IMG/VR virus record: IMGVR_UViG_3300018080_000023
Location: 1-56,988 of that record
Reading direction: 5' to 3' (one strand)
Source of the DNA: a virus
Taxonomy: Duplodnaviria; Caudoviricetes
Length of the DNA: 56,988 bases
The notes below the pieces were generated by a model. That model saw only the letters and a program-made list of their open reading frames with translations. It was not told the DNA's origin and searched no databases. This document shows, in pieces, positions 6,495-15,245 of the stretch. Position 1 is the stretch's first letter; every line of letters begins with the position of its first letter. Made by a program: the position numbers and the translations under genes.

Positions 6495-9217
6495 TGTCAG
6501 ACGTTAAGTACCATATCGAGGATAAAGAGTGGAGGATGAATAACCTCTACTGGATTATCGACAAGAATGGTGACCGGGTTAAGTTTAAGATGAATACGGA
6601 GCAGAGGAAACTCTACGACGAGCTTCATTTTAAGAATGTTACGTGCAAAGCAAGACAATTAGGAATGACGACTTTCGCCTGCCTTTATTACCTCGACGAG
6701 TGTTTGTTCCACCCGCATGTGGAGGCTGGTATCATTGCCCACACTAAGCCTGATGCCATGGACATATTTCGCCGCAAGATCCAGTTCCCGTATGATAATC
6801 TCCCGGCGGATCTCAAGGATGAGGTCAGCCTAATTACCGACAGCAAAAGCCAAATGGGATTTAGTAACGGGTCGGTCATTAATGTCGGCACCTCTATGCG
6901 TGGCTCGACGCTTCAATACCTTTTGTGCTGTGTTTCTGGCGATACTGAGATCATCTTGAAGGGGTCTGACATTAAGGCTATTAAAGATGTTCAGGCTGGC
7001 GATCAGGTAATGACAAGCAAGGGTTCTCTCCAGAAGGTGGTCGGTATATCAAAGCGCAAACTTACAGAGGTCGGAGAGCCGCTGTTGTCTGTTAAGACAT
7101 TCGGAAATTATGACCCCCTCAAGATTACCGCTAATCACAAAGTCTTAACCCGAGAAAAATCAACTGGGTACCATGTGTGGAAAAGGGCTGGCGAAATTGA
7201 AAAAGGAGACTATATGGCGTTCCCTATCTGCCCTGTCAGCATGAAACTAAGGCGCAAGCAGGTAGCATGGGGTAAGCCGAAGTGGGTCTTTAAGAACGGC
7301 AAGCGCCAGCCAAACGAAGGAGTATATGTAGAGCCTACTTGGGATCTCGGATGGATCTGCGGTTTCTATCTCGCTGAAGGCACCATACGCCAGCCCAAAG
7401 ATGGGCGAGAACCCACTGCTGTAACTTTCTCTGTTGATCAAGACGAAGTAGACATGCTTCTGGAGAAACTAGAACTCTTTCGCAAGCGCATGGGGCAACC
7501 GGGACACTCAGATGCCCCTTTGTTTAAGGTTCGGGATATGGCGGATAGCAGGACATTCTGTGTTGATGTCAACAGCAAGATTTTTACGGCGTTCATCAAG
7601 CAGAACTTTGGGGATAGTCATAACAAAGTGTTGCCCGACTTAGTGTGGGGCTGGGGTCACCCCTTCTGCAAGGGGCTAATAAAAGGCTATGTGGATGGAG
7701 ATGGTTGCGATACAAATCCAAGGCGTATTAGTGTTGTTTCCACTAGAAGGCAGTTAATTTATCAACTGAAGCGGCTCCTTTTGGCGTATCGGATTGGAAT
7801 GCCGTCTATATATCACGCTAAAGCTGGACGGCGATACGGGCGCAACTGTCAAGAACAATGGACGCTCCAGCTGTCTGGTGTGGCAAACTGGAAGTTCAGA
7901 GAGAAGTTTGGGATGCCTATGCCCCCGCTTCCCAATACTTGGGCGGGTCGATGGCGGATCAAGCACGGACGCCGACCAGAGGGTAGAAAATTGTGGCGGA
8001 GGGGAAAGCATGTGTATTGGACAAGGGTAACCAATGTCTCGAAAGTCGAGCCAGAGGAGTATGTCTATGACTTGGCGCTTGCTGATTCCCCGCATGATTA
8101 TCTCACAGTGAACGGAATCATCCATAATTCTGAGATCGGCAAGATATCCAAGATGGCTCCAGAGAAGGCCCGTGAAATTCTAACTGGTGCACTTCAGGCG
8201 GTAGGCAAGGGCGGCTTGGTAATCTTTGAGTCCACGGCAGAGGGCCGTTCAGGCGTTTTCTTTGACATGTGCCAGAAGGGGCAGAAGTTGATCGAGTCGC
8301 GGTCGCCGCTTACAGAGATGGACTTCAAGCTTCACTTTTTTCCGTGGTTCGATAGCCTTGAGTATAGCCTCGATGCTCCAGTTCCGATCACCAAGCCCAT
8401 GGTTGAATACTTTGAAAAGATCGAATCTGAAATCCGCAAGACTCGTCCGGGGTTCAGATTTACAATTGGCCAGAAGGCTTGGTATATCAAGAAGCGCGAG
8501 CTTCTCGGTGATGATATTTTCCGCGAATATCCGGCAACAATAGATGAGGCCTTTCGCTCTGGAATTGAGGGCACCTACTTCAAGTCTCAGTTTAGGTGGC
8601 TCCGGGAGAACAATCGCATCACATCTGTCCCGGTACAGGATGGCGCCTGTGTGGATACTTGGTGGGATCTTGGCATGAACGACCTGATGAGTATATGGTT
8701 CACGCAGGATATTGGCAGGGAGGTTCATGTGATTAACTACTACGAGAACTCGGGAGAAGGGTTAGAGTTCTATCGTGATGTCCTCGATCAGTACGGTAGG
8801 GATCTCGGGTATAGGTATGGACGGTGTGTCGCCCCCCATGATATCAAGGTAAGAGAACTGGGAACGGGCGTATCCCGGCTGGAGACAGCCCGAAGTCTGG
8901 GTCTTAACATGGAGGTCGCTCCCCTAGTTGAAAGCAAGATGGACGCTATTCAGAAGGCAAGATCGGTATTTAAGATATGCTGGTTTGATCTTGAGAATAC
9001 GGCAGAAGGGCTGGAGCATCTGGAAGAGTACCGTAAGCAGTGGGATGAAATCCACGGGGTCTTTAAGGACAAGCCCCTGCACGATCAGCATTCCCATGGA
9101 GCAGATTCGTTTTTAACCTTTGCGATAGGTCATGATTTCCAAATGGTGACAACAACATCACGTCGTAAGGTAAGAGCAAGACGTGTAATAGCGAGAAACA
9201 GTAAGGGGTGGACATAA
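6494..9217 (+). CDS. terL: terminase large subunit with intein
   Basis: Walker A KARQLGMTT, Walker B LLC/SE split by the intein, ESTAEG coupling motif, nuclease WDLG..D and HSHGADSF. Confidence 0.95.
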   Translation: MSDVKYHIEDKEWRMNNLYWIIDKNGDRVKFKMNTEQRKLYDELHFKNVTCKARQLGMTTFACLYYLDECLFHPHVEAGIIAHTKPDAMDIFRRKIQFPYDNLPADLKDEVSLITDSKSQMGFSNGSVINVGTSMRGSTLQYLLCCVSGDTEIILKGSDIKAIKDVQAGDQVMTSKGSLQKVVGISKRKLTEVGEPLLSVKTFGNYDPLKITANHKVLTREKSTGYHVWKRAGEIEKGDYMAFPICPVSMKLRRKQVAWGKPKWVFKNGKRQPNEGVYVEPTWDLGWICGFYLAEGTIRQPKDGREPTAVTFSVDQDEVDMLLEKLELFRKRMGQPGHSDAPLFKVRDMADSRTFCVDVNSKIFTAFIKQNFGDSHNKVLPDLVWGWGHPFCKGLIKGYVDGDGCDTNPRRISVVSTRRQLIYQLKRLLLAYRIGMPSIYHAKAGRRYGRNCQEQWTLQLSGVANWKFREKFGMPMPPLPNTWAGRWRIKHGRRPEGRKLWRRGKHVYWTRVTNVSKVEPEEYVYDLALADSPHDYLTVNGIIHNSEIGKISKMAPEKAREILTGALQAVGKGGLVIFESTAEGRSGVFFDMCQKGQKLIESRSPLTEMDFKLHFFPWFDSLEYSLDAPVPITKPMVEYFEKIESEIRKTRPGFRFTIGQKAWYIKKRELLGDDIFREYPATIDEAFRSGIEGTYFKSQFRWLRENNRITSVPVQDGACVDTWWDLGMNDLMSIWFTQDIGREVHVINYYENSGEGLEFYRDVLDQYGRDLGYRYGRCVAPHDIKVRELGTGVSRLETARSLGLNMEVAPLVESKMDAIQKARSVFKICWFDLENTAEGLEHLEEYRKQWDEIHGVFKDKPLHDQHSHGADSFLTFAIGHDFQMVTTTSRRKVRARRVIARNSKGWT
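6929..8128 (+). mobile_element. 400-aa intein with LAGLIDADG homing endonuclease
   Basis: starts CVSGDT; block B ITANHKV; endonuclease motifs GFYLAEG and GYVDGDG; block F YVYDL; ends IIHN followed by Ser. Confidence 0.93.
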
Positions 9218-9501
9218 TGAATGAAGAAATCGAGTTCGAAGTATTAGGTAGTGAAGGGGTTGTGACTGACACGCTGACACCGAATCAGTCTAAGATCGTG
9301 GAATATCTGGAGTCCATGCCGGACAACCGGGTAATGACATCTATGAGGCTTGCCTCTGAGATCGGGGTCACAAAAAAAACAATATGGGAGCTTCCCCCAA
9401 GCCTGAAAAAAAAGCACTCTTGTAAATACAAGAAGGGAAATGCATACGTCTGGGGTGGGGCCGAGACAATAGAGAAGTATCGACAGAGGTTCCCAAGATG
9501 A
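9217..9501 (+). CDS. small winged-HTH-like protein
   Basis: LTPNQSKIVEYL...TSMRLASEIGVTKKTI; TAATG coupling to terL. Confidence 0.55.
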   Translation: MNEEIEFEVLGSEGVVTDTLTPNQSKIVEYLESMPDNRVMTSMRLASEIGVTKKTIWELPPSLKKKHSCKYKKGNAYVWGGAETIEKYRQRFPR

Positions 9502-10694
9502 GCGGCAGTGATATTATAGTAGACGGAGCGCCTCAGGAAAGACCACAGCGGGAAGGAATATCCCGGCTGGATCTCAATGAAGGTAAGGGCACGGGAACAT
9601 GTGACATCACGGTGAGAGCCCGGCAGGTAACAATTGAAACCCTGCAGGACTCGCTCAATCAGCATGGCGTTGATACTGATATCTGGATGGTGGACAGATG
9701 GCTTACCAACGACTGGTCGGTAACGATGGGAGACAGGGGCACTGGTGGCATGGGCGCTCAGACCTACATGAACTGTCAAGTTAAGGTGTGGCTCAAACGG
9801 AGAGAGGCTGAGCCCATCGAAAGAATGCTGGAGCGTTTCATTGAGGATGCAAAGAATCATTCTCCGAAATACAAGAAGGTAAAGCGATCCCGAGCAAAGA
9901 GAAGTAAGAACCTCCTCGAGATCAACATGCCGGACATACACTTAAGCCAGCTATCATGGGCTCCAGAAACGCTGGGGGACAACTATGACACCAAGATGGC
10001 CTGCGATATGGTTAAGGCCGCAACTGAACAGGTAGTAGAAAGGGCGATGCCGTTTAATCCTGAGAAGATGTTGATAGTGCTTGGGCACGATTACTTTAAC
10101 GTCGATAACTTCCAGAACATGACAGCGGCAGGAACCCTGCAGGATGTTGACTCGCGATGGCCCAAGACCTTTACCCGAGGCCGAAGGCTGGCTGTTGAGC
10201 AGATTGACTATTGCCGGAGACACGCCCCGGTAGATGTCCTGATTGTTAAAGGCAACCATGACCCGGTCACAGTGTATGCACTCGGTGAAGCCTTGCAGGC
10301 ATGGTACAGGAACGCCAAGGATGTAAACATAATCCTTGAGCCTGCCGTCCGGCACTACTACCACTGGGGAGAATGCCTTATAGGTCACTCGCACGGGTGC
10401 AAGATGACGAAGTCTCACATCAAAGAGTTGCCGCTCAGGATGGCAACGGACTGTCGCAAGATGGGCTGGAAAGAGTCTCGGTACTGTGAGTGGCACCTCG
10501 GCCACCTGCATCATGAGGAGTCAATAGATGTCGGCGGAGTCTTGATACGGTTTCTCGCGTCACTGGCCCCGCTTAGTGCATGGGCGGCTGGTGCGGGATT
10601 TAATGCCCAGCGATGTACGGATGCATTTCTGTGGAACAAAGACCAAGGCAACATTGCTACGTTTAAGCATGTGCCTGAAAGGAGCATGGAATGA
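9498..10694 (+). CDS. calcineurin-like metallophosphoesterase
   Basis: DIH, GHD, GNHD, HSHG and GHLH motifs in canonical order. Confidence 0.88.
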   Translation: MSGSDIIVDGAPQERPQREGISRLDLNEGKGTGTCDITVRARQVTIETLQDSLNQHGVDTDIWMVDRWLTNDWSVTMGDRGTGGMGAQTYMNCQVKVWLKRREAEPIERMLERFIEDAKNHSPKYKKVKRSRAKRSKNLLEINMPDIHLSQLSWAPETLGDNYDTKMACDMVKAATEQVVERAMPFNPEKMLIVLGHDYFNVDNFQNMTAAGTLQDVDSRWPKTFTRGRRLAVEQIDYCRRHAPVDVLIVKGNHDPVTVYALGEALQAWYRNAKDVNIILEPAVRHYYHWGECLIGHSHGCKMTKSHIKELPLRMATDCRKMGWKESRYCEWHLGHLHHEESIDVGGVLIRFLASLAPLSAWAAGAGFNAQRCTDAFLWNKDQGNIATFKHVPERSME

Positions 10695-10706
10695 AAGGAG
10701 CCTCCA

Positions 10707-11300
10707 ATGAAAGTTAAGCCAAGCGAAATATGGGAATCCCTCCACGTCCTCCACGACTACAATATCAATCCGGTGAGTCGAGAGGTATACATTGGGGGCT
10801 GGCCTCACAGTTACGAGGATGAGGAGATTGGGGTTGATCACCAGATGGCATGTGAGTTCATCCGCAATATGACTTTCCTAGAGAATCAGTCGCAAGATCC
10901 GATTATCATCCATATGTGCACTGTAGGTGGGGATGAGTCTTACGGAATGGCGATGTTTGACAAGATTAAATCAAGCCCGTGCCACATCACGATCACCGCG
11001 TACGCCCACGCCCGGTCTATGTCGAGCGTTATCCTGCAGGCGGCAGACTTGCGACGCATGACAAGTAACTGCTTCTTTATGATTCATCACGGTACTGTTT
11101 TTGCCATTGATACATACAAGGGCGCTAAGAGCTATATGGACTGGTGCGAGCGAGGGAAAGACGTCATGATGGACATCTACACTGAGCGATGCAAGCTAGG
11201 CGCAAAAGAGATCGAGGAAAGGTTAGACAGAAATCAGGAGTGGTATTTGACAGCTCCCGAGGCGCTAGAGCATGGATTCATTGATGAGATTGTGGACTAA
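10707..11300 (+). CDS. clpP: ClpP-like serine protease
   Basis: TVGGD, ARSMSSVILQA (catalytic Ser), FMIHH (catalytic His), WYLTAPEALEHGFIDEI. Confidence 0.88.
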   Translation: MKVKPSEIWESLHVLHDYNINPVSREVYIGGWPHSYEDEEIGVDHQMACEFIRNMTFLENQSQDPIIIHMCTVGGDESYGMAMFDKIKSSPCHITITAYAHARSMSSVILQAADLRRMTSNCFFMIHHGTVFAIDTYKGAKSYMDWCERGKDVMMDIYTERCKLGAKEIEERLDRNQEWYLTAPEALEHGFIDEIVD

Positions 11301-11315
11301 GAGAAAGGACCAACA

Positions 11316-12119
11316 ATGAGTTTCGAAAAACCCAAGAAGAATTATCCGCTGATTATCGCAGTGGATTATGATGACACCATAGCACACGGCCCGTTTGATG
11401 GTGAACAGTCGATAGACCTAGGCATAGTAGAGAAGTTAAAGCGGTTCAGGAACTCCGGGGCGCAGATAGTGCTCTGGACCTGCAGGATGGGCGATAATCT
11501 CCTTAAGGCCGAGAAGGCTATGGCGGAACTAGGGCTCGCCTTCGATTCTGTGAACAAGCCCTGTCAGGCGGCTGTAGATATCAGCAGTGATTATGGGATT
11601 GGCTGGGATCAGCGCAAGGTCTATGGCCATCTGTATGTGGATGACAAGGCTCCGGGAAGTATAGAGTTCTTTAAAGGCCTGACCCCAGTTGGTACGCTCC
11701 ATGAATATCTGGAGCAGGTGAAGACAGAGAATTGCAGGCCGGGAGACATTATCCCCATCTTGCCAGAGGGCAACAAGGAGAGGGAGGAATATCCACTCTT
11801 CAATGGTTTGATCGGATACTTCCCTCACGCCTGTGCAGAAGTCGCGCATCACAGCTATATTTCTAACGAGCAACATAATCCCGGCGAGCAAATGCATTGG
11901 GCCAAAGAGAAGAGTATAGGCAGGGGTGACAAGATCCTTCGTCATCTCGCGCAGGGACTCCTGACAAAGTCCCCCATGTATACTCCAGAATGGCATGAAG
12001 AAGTTAAGCACCTCAGGGCTCAGGCTTGGAGAGCGTTCGAGATACTTGAGCGGAAGCTAACAGGACTGCCTCCGTTTGATGTCACAGATTCTGACCGCAA
12101 GGAGGTGCGTAATGCTTGA
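11316..12119 (+). CDS. fusion of a HAD-family phosphatase and a DUF5664-like (dATP/dGTP diphosphohydrolase) domain
   Basis: N-term IAVDYDDTI, LWTCR, YVDDKA; C-term GYFPHA..VAHHS..NEQHNPG..MHWAKEKS...ILRHL. Confidence 0.7.
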   Translation: MSFEKPKKNYPLIIAVDYDDTIAHGPFDGEQSIDLGIVEKLKRFRNSGAQIVLWTCRMGDNLLKAEKAMAELGLAFDSVNKPCQAAVDISSDYGIGWDQRKVYGHLYVDDKAPGSIEFFKGLTPVGTLHEYLEQVKTENCRPGDIIPILPEGNKEREEYPLFNGLIGYFPHACAEVAHHSYISNEQHNPGEQMHWAKEKSIGRGDKILRHLAQGLLTKSPMYTPEWHEEVKHLRAQAWRAFEILERKLTGLPPFDVTDSDRKEVRNA

Positions 12120-12384
12120 CCAGACACGACAAGGAAAAATAGACATAGGCCTGCACGATATAAACCAGCACCCAGAGAACATCTCTGCGCTATTCACGGC
12201 AATGCAGTTTGTCCCCATACACATTGATCTGGACATACTGGGCGCCAAGTTCAGGTATACTGGAATCTCGCCAGAGTTCAGGGAGCTCGCGAAGGGAGAG
12301 TTGATCCCGGTGTGCAATCTCTGCTATGGAGTATCCGGCGGAGAGATAACGAGTCTCAGCCTGATGGAGGTCGAGCATGAGTAG
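12112..12384 (+). CDS. hypothetical protein
   Basis: AAGGAGGT RBS; overlaps neighbours. Confidence 0.6.
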   Translation: MLDQTRQGKIDIGLHDINQHPENISALFTAMQFVPIHIDLDILGAKFRYTGISPEFRELAKGELIPVCNLCYGVSGGEITSLSLMEVEHE

Positions 12385-12679
12385 CAAGGGCTCTAAAGCA
12401 TTCGAGGACAGGTTCCGCAATCTAATCATCGCATCAACAGGCAAGGCGCTTGCAGAGTGGGAGGACATAGAAATCCTTGCCGCTCTGGCCAAGTATCAGG
12501 CAGTAGCACTGGGGAAGATATTCCTCGGAGGTCAAACCACAGCTATCCAGCCGTTGGTGGGCGCATCACGGATTCTGGGAAAAGAGGCTGACAGGCGCAA
12601 GTTGTTGGAGAAAATCCCCGAGATCGACATGAATAAGATTGATGAGTTTGAGCAATGGGAAAAGGAGCACGGCAAATGA
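12377..12679 (+). CDS. hypothetical protein
   Basis: GGAGGT RBS; coupled to neighbours. Confidence 0.6.
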   Translation: MSSKGSKAFEDRFRNLIIASTGKALAEWEDIEILAALAKYQAVALGKIFLGGQTTAIQPLVGASRILGKEADRRKLLEKIPEIDMNKIDEFEQWEKEHGK

Positions 12680-12891
12680 CAGACAAAGGATACAGAGTAA
12701 CACACAACAAGACGAAGTCACCGTTCAGGCCGCGTGCCCACATGCTGACCAACGAAAAATCACGTCGGCATTTCCCCATAGCACAAAGCCGGGAGCACGA
12801 GGACAGCTTCTGTATCCGGGCCAGCAGGTGCAAGAATAAGGGCAAGTGTGACGAATGCGTCCCGCTGTACAGGCTGTGGGAGGAGAAATGA
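12676..12891 (+). CDS. small Cys-rich hypothetical protein
   Basis: AAGGAG RBS; ATGA overlaps. Confidence 0.55.
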   Translation: MTDKGYRVTHNKTKSPFRPRAHMLTNEKSRRHFPIAQSREHEDSFCIRASRCKNKGKCDECVPLYRLWEEK

Positions 12892-13025
12892 TACCCAAGA
12901 CTTACGACGTAGCCCGGCCTTTCATGAAAGCCATACTTAAGAGACTGCCAATACTCGGCAGGCTCCCCATCTTCCGGCAGTACAAGAAGGGCGGTAAGTT
13001 TTACGAGAAGGAGGAAAAACAATGA
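12888..13025 (+). CDS. small basic hypothetical protein (45 aa)
   Basis: GGAGG RBS; ATGA overlaps at both ends. Confidence 0.5.
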   Translation: MIPKTYDVARPFMKAILKRLPILGRLPIFRQYKKGGKFYEKEEKQ

Positions 13026-13327
13026 TAGAGCATGGCAATCCAGAAAACCCAGTTTACAAGGAGTTCCTGAGAGCGCCCAGCGTGAATGAGAAAACCGGAG
13101 CCCGGTATTTCCCCGCTGAGCTAATCACAGAGAACACAATACAAAACGAGGAGGCAATACCAGATGCCGAAGAACATACAGAAGACAGTAATGCAGGTGG
13201 TGAGCAGGAACGCGGAATCGACAATGCAATCATTGGATCAGACGCTGGAGGAACTCGGGATGGACTCGCTGGACCGGATAGAGTTGGCGATGGATCTGGA
13301 GGACAGGTTTCAGGTGGTGTTCATTGA
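13022..13327 (+). CDS. hypothetical protein; 3' half overlaps the ACP gene by 164 nt
   Basis: strong AAGGAGG RBS and ATGA coupling. Confidence 0.45.
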   Translation: MIEHGNPENPVYKEFLRAPSVNEKTGARYFPAELITENTIQNEEAIPDAEEHTEDSNAGGEQERGIDNAIIGSDAGGTRDGLAGPDRVGDGSGGQVSGGVH

Positions 13328-13397
13328 TCCCGAGCCGGGCGAATGGAATACAGGCAACGACGTTATGGCGTCATTAGAGAAAGTGGGTGTGAAATGA
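13164..13397 (+). CDS. acpP: acyl carrier protein
   Basis: 77 aa, acidic; LEELGMDSLDRIELAMDLEDRF matches the phosphopantetheine-attachment motif; GAGGAGG RBS. Confidence 0.85.
   Translation: MPKNIQKTVMQVVSRNAESTMQSLDQTLEELGMDSLDRIELAMDLEDRFQVVFIDPEPGEWNTGNDVMASLEKVGVK
13224..13261 (+). repeat. 38-bp perfect direct repeat (second copy 13883-13920)
   Basis: ATGCAATCATTGGATCAGACGCTGGAGGAACTCGGGAT occurs twice, both read as MQSLDQTLEELG. Confidence 0.95.
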
Positions 13398-13765
13398 TGC
13401 ACACAGAGAAGTTGATGTTTCGTTTAATGCATAGCCCTGACAGGTTTGGCTATGAGTTACAATTGGCTCAGAAGCATCCAGATGGCAGGGTGCGGTTTGC
13501 CGAAGAGGTGAAGATGGCGGAGGTTCCTGTCGGGCAGGTGACTCCATCTATGTTGCATATTGAACATGAAGAAGTACAGCAACTCATGGATATGCTCTGG
13601 AATGCCGGAATTAGGCCATCTCTGGAAGACGGCACGACAGGACAGAGAGCCGCCATGCAGGACCACATTAACACACTGAAAAAGCATTGCGACACATTCG
13701 CAGAGATGGCCCGGAAAGGGCCGGACCTTGTAATGGTACCAGAAGGAAGCGAAAGGAGCATATAA
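13394..13765 (+). CDS. conserved phage hypothetical protein
   Basis: QQLMDMLWNAGIRPS...AMQDHI pattern; ATGA overlap with ACP. Confidence 0.7.
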   Translation: MMHTEKLMFRLMHSPDRFGYELQLAQKHPDGRVRFAEEVKMAEVPVGQVTPSMLHIEHEEVQQLMDMLWNAGIRPSLEDGTTGQRAAMQDHINTLKKHCDTFAEMARKGPDLVMVPEGSERSI

Positions 13766-13975
13766 ATGACAAAGCGCAAATGGAAAAACGAAACCAACAG
13801 GAAGCGGATTGGGGTTCCGAAGCCGTTGTGGGACAAGATGGGCAAGCGAGGACAGGTGGCTTGCTCTCGAATGTTTGATGCCATGCAATCATTGGATCAG
13901 ACGCTGGAGGAACTCGGGATACGCATCAAATTCAATGGTAACATTAACCAGACTAAGGAGAAAGACGATGGCTGA
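13766..13975 (+). CDS. hypothetical protein carrying a duplicated ACP segment
   Basis: AAGGAG RBS; contains copy 2 of the 38-bp repeat. Confidence 0.5.
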   Translation: MTKRKWKNETNRKRIGVPKPLWDKMGKRGQVACSRMFDAMQSLDQTLEELGIRIKFNGNINQTKEKDDG

Positions 13976-14177
13976 ACTACTGGACAGTATGATCTACGAT
14001 CTCACAAGAACGGGCCGGGGTGGTCTTTGCGGCATCATCAAGAAGGGGCGCTTCTCGAAGCAATTCAAGCTCCCTATCGATGGCGAGATGAACGGAGATA
14101 TGATTCAAGAGATGTTCACAGAGCTTGGTAGGCGTATGGCTGGTGAGTACCGAGCATGGCAGATAAGGCAAGGCTAA
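13968..14177 (+). CDS. hypothetical protein
   Basis: AAGGAG RBS before MAELLD. Confidence 0.6.
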   Translation: MAELLDSMIYDLTRTGRGGLCGIIKKGRFSKQFKLPIDGEMNGDMIQEMFTELGRRMAGEYRAWQIRQG

Positions 14178-14190
14178 AAGGAGGCAGGCA

Positions 14191-14340
14191 ATGCCACTAA
14201 CACCAAAAGGTAAGAAGATACTGAAGCGCATGAAGAAGCCGAAAAGCAAGGGTGGTTACGGCAAGAGCAAGGGTAAAAAGGTATTCTATGCGTCAAAGAA
14301 CAAGGGTACCATCAAGGGCGTAGAGAAGAAGAAAAGGTAA
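14191..14340 (+). CDS. small, very basic conserved phage protein (49 aa)
   Basis: MPLTPKGKKILKRM...YGKSKGKKVFYASKNKGTIKGVE; AAGGAGG RBS; missed by the ORF track. Confidence 0.8.
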   Translation: MPLTPKGKKILKRMKKPKSKGGYGKSKGKKVFYASKNKGTIKGVEKKKR

Positions 14341-14352
14341 GGAGGATCACAG

Positions 14353-14550
14353 ATGACACCAGTAAAGACAGTGCTACACAACAATAGATGGCGAATCGTT
14401 GAGGACGGAAAGACATCTCCGCTCCGGGCAGACACAAAGAAAGGCCCCAAGAAAGGAAACCCTGTAGATGGCGGCGGCTTTCCTAATACTCCAGCAGGCA
14501 AAGCTAAGGCTGAACGTCAGGCGGGATACATAAACAATCCTAAGAAATAA
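14353..14550 (+). CDS. small basic hypothetical protein
   Basis: AAGGAGG RBS; PVDGGGF...AKAERQA motif. Confidence 0.7.
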   Translation: MTPVKTVLHNNRWRIVEDGKTSPLRADTKKGPKKGNPVDGGGFPNTPAGKAKAERQAGYINNPKK

Positions 14551-14582
14551 CCGATAAATTGCGACACGGCTGAAAGGGTAAT

Positions 14583-14762
14583 ATGAGCGAAACATATGAT
14601 ATCATTGAGGGGTTGCGGCATAGAGTCAAGGCGGCAGAGGAGCAGATAGAGTTTCTACGGAAAGACAGGGATAAGCTTCATGCCAAGATTGCAACACTCA
14701 AGAGTATAAACCACAAGCTGGCTCATAGGCTTGGCGAAGAGGTATCAGGAGGTGGGAAGTGA
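14583..14762 (+). CDS. coiled-coil hypothetical protein (59 aa)
   Basis: ends in a CAGGAGGTGGGAAGTGAGTGA junction like those at 1.8-5.4 kb. Confidence 0.55.
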   Translation: MSETYDIIEGLRHRVKAAEEQIEFLRKDRDKLHAKIATLKSINHKLAHRLGEEVSGGGK

Positions 14763-15016
14763 GTGATGATTCAATGATGGGTGGATGTACTGATTGTGCA
14801 TGGAACAGTAAACACCAGAAACAGATAGCCGAACTCCAAGCCAGAGTCAAGGAGCTTGAGGCTAAAGTCGAGGCAGGAGACATTTGTATACGATTTGGGC
14901 TTGAGCGAGAGGAGCGACTGCGGGAGAAACTGGAGAAGATTGCTAATGCACCAATGATAAGCATGGCAGAAGGTCGCAGGGCTAAAGAGATAGCCAAGGA
15001 AGCTATAGGAGAATAG
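14759..15016 (+). CDS. hypothetical protein with an ARVKELE repeat
   Basis: GTGA overlap; shares 24 bp with 3770-3793. Confidence 0.6.
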   Translation: MSDDSMMGGCTDCAWNSKHQKQIAELQARVKELEAKVEAGDICIRFGLEREERLREKLEKIANAPMISMAEGRRAKEIAKEAIGE

Positions 15017-15208
15017 ATGGAATCCTACCACGTAGTCATCCGTCGCTCTGGGAGCAGGTGGCGATGGCTGTTAATGGAGCTCGATATACTGGTCCGACAG
15101 GGCTTTGGCGGAACATGGGCCGAGGCACAGCGTCGAGGCGAAGCGGCTCGCAAGGAGTACGTTCGAAACCTCAGAGCCCGGCGTAAAATAAAAATATCCG
15201 AAATATGA
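15017..15208 (+). CDS. hypothetical protein
   Basis: AGGAG RBS; abuts the upstream stop. Confidence 0.5.
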   Translation: MESYHVVIRRSGSRWRWLLMELDILVRQGFGGTWAEAQRRGEAARKEYVRNLRARRKIKISEI

Positions 15209-15245
15209 AAAAAGTATTTGACGCCCAACGTGTCCACCGTAAAAG

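Noticed and set aside
11700-12119. Z-base (2-aminoadenine) genome system suggested by the DUF5664-like domain
   Set aside because: No PurZ-like synthetase, HD-family dATPase or phage DNA polymerase is recognisable in this complete genome.
13224-13920. Diversity-generating retroelement template/variable repeat pair
   Set aside because: The copies are short and identical with no adenine-specific mismatches, and no reverse transcriptase is present.
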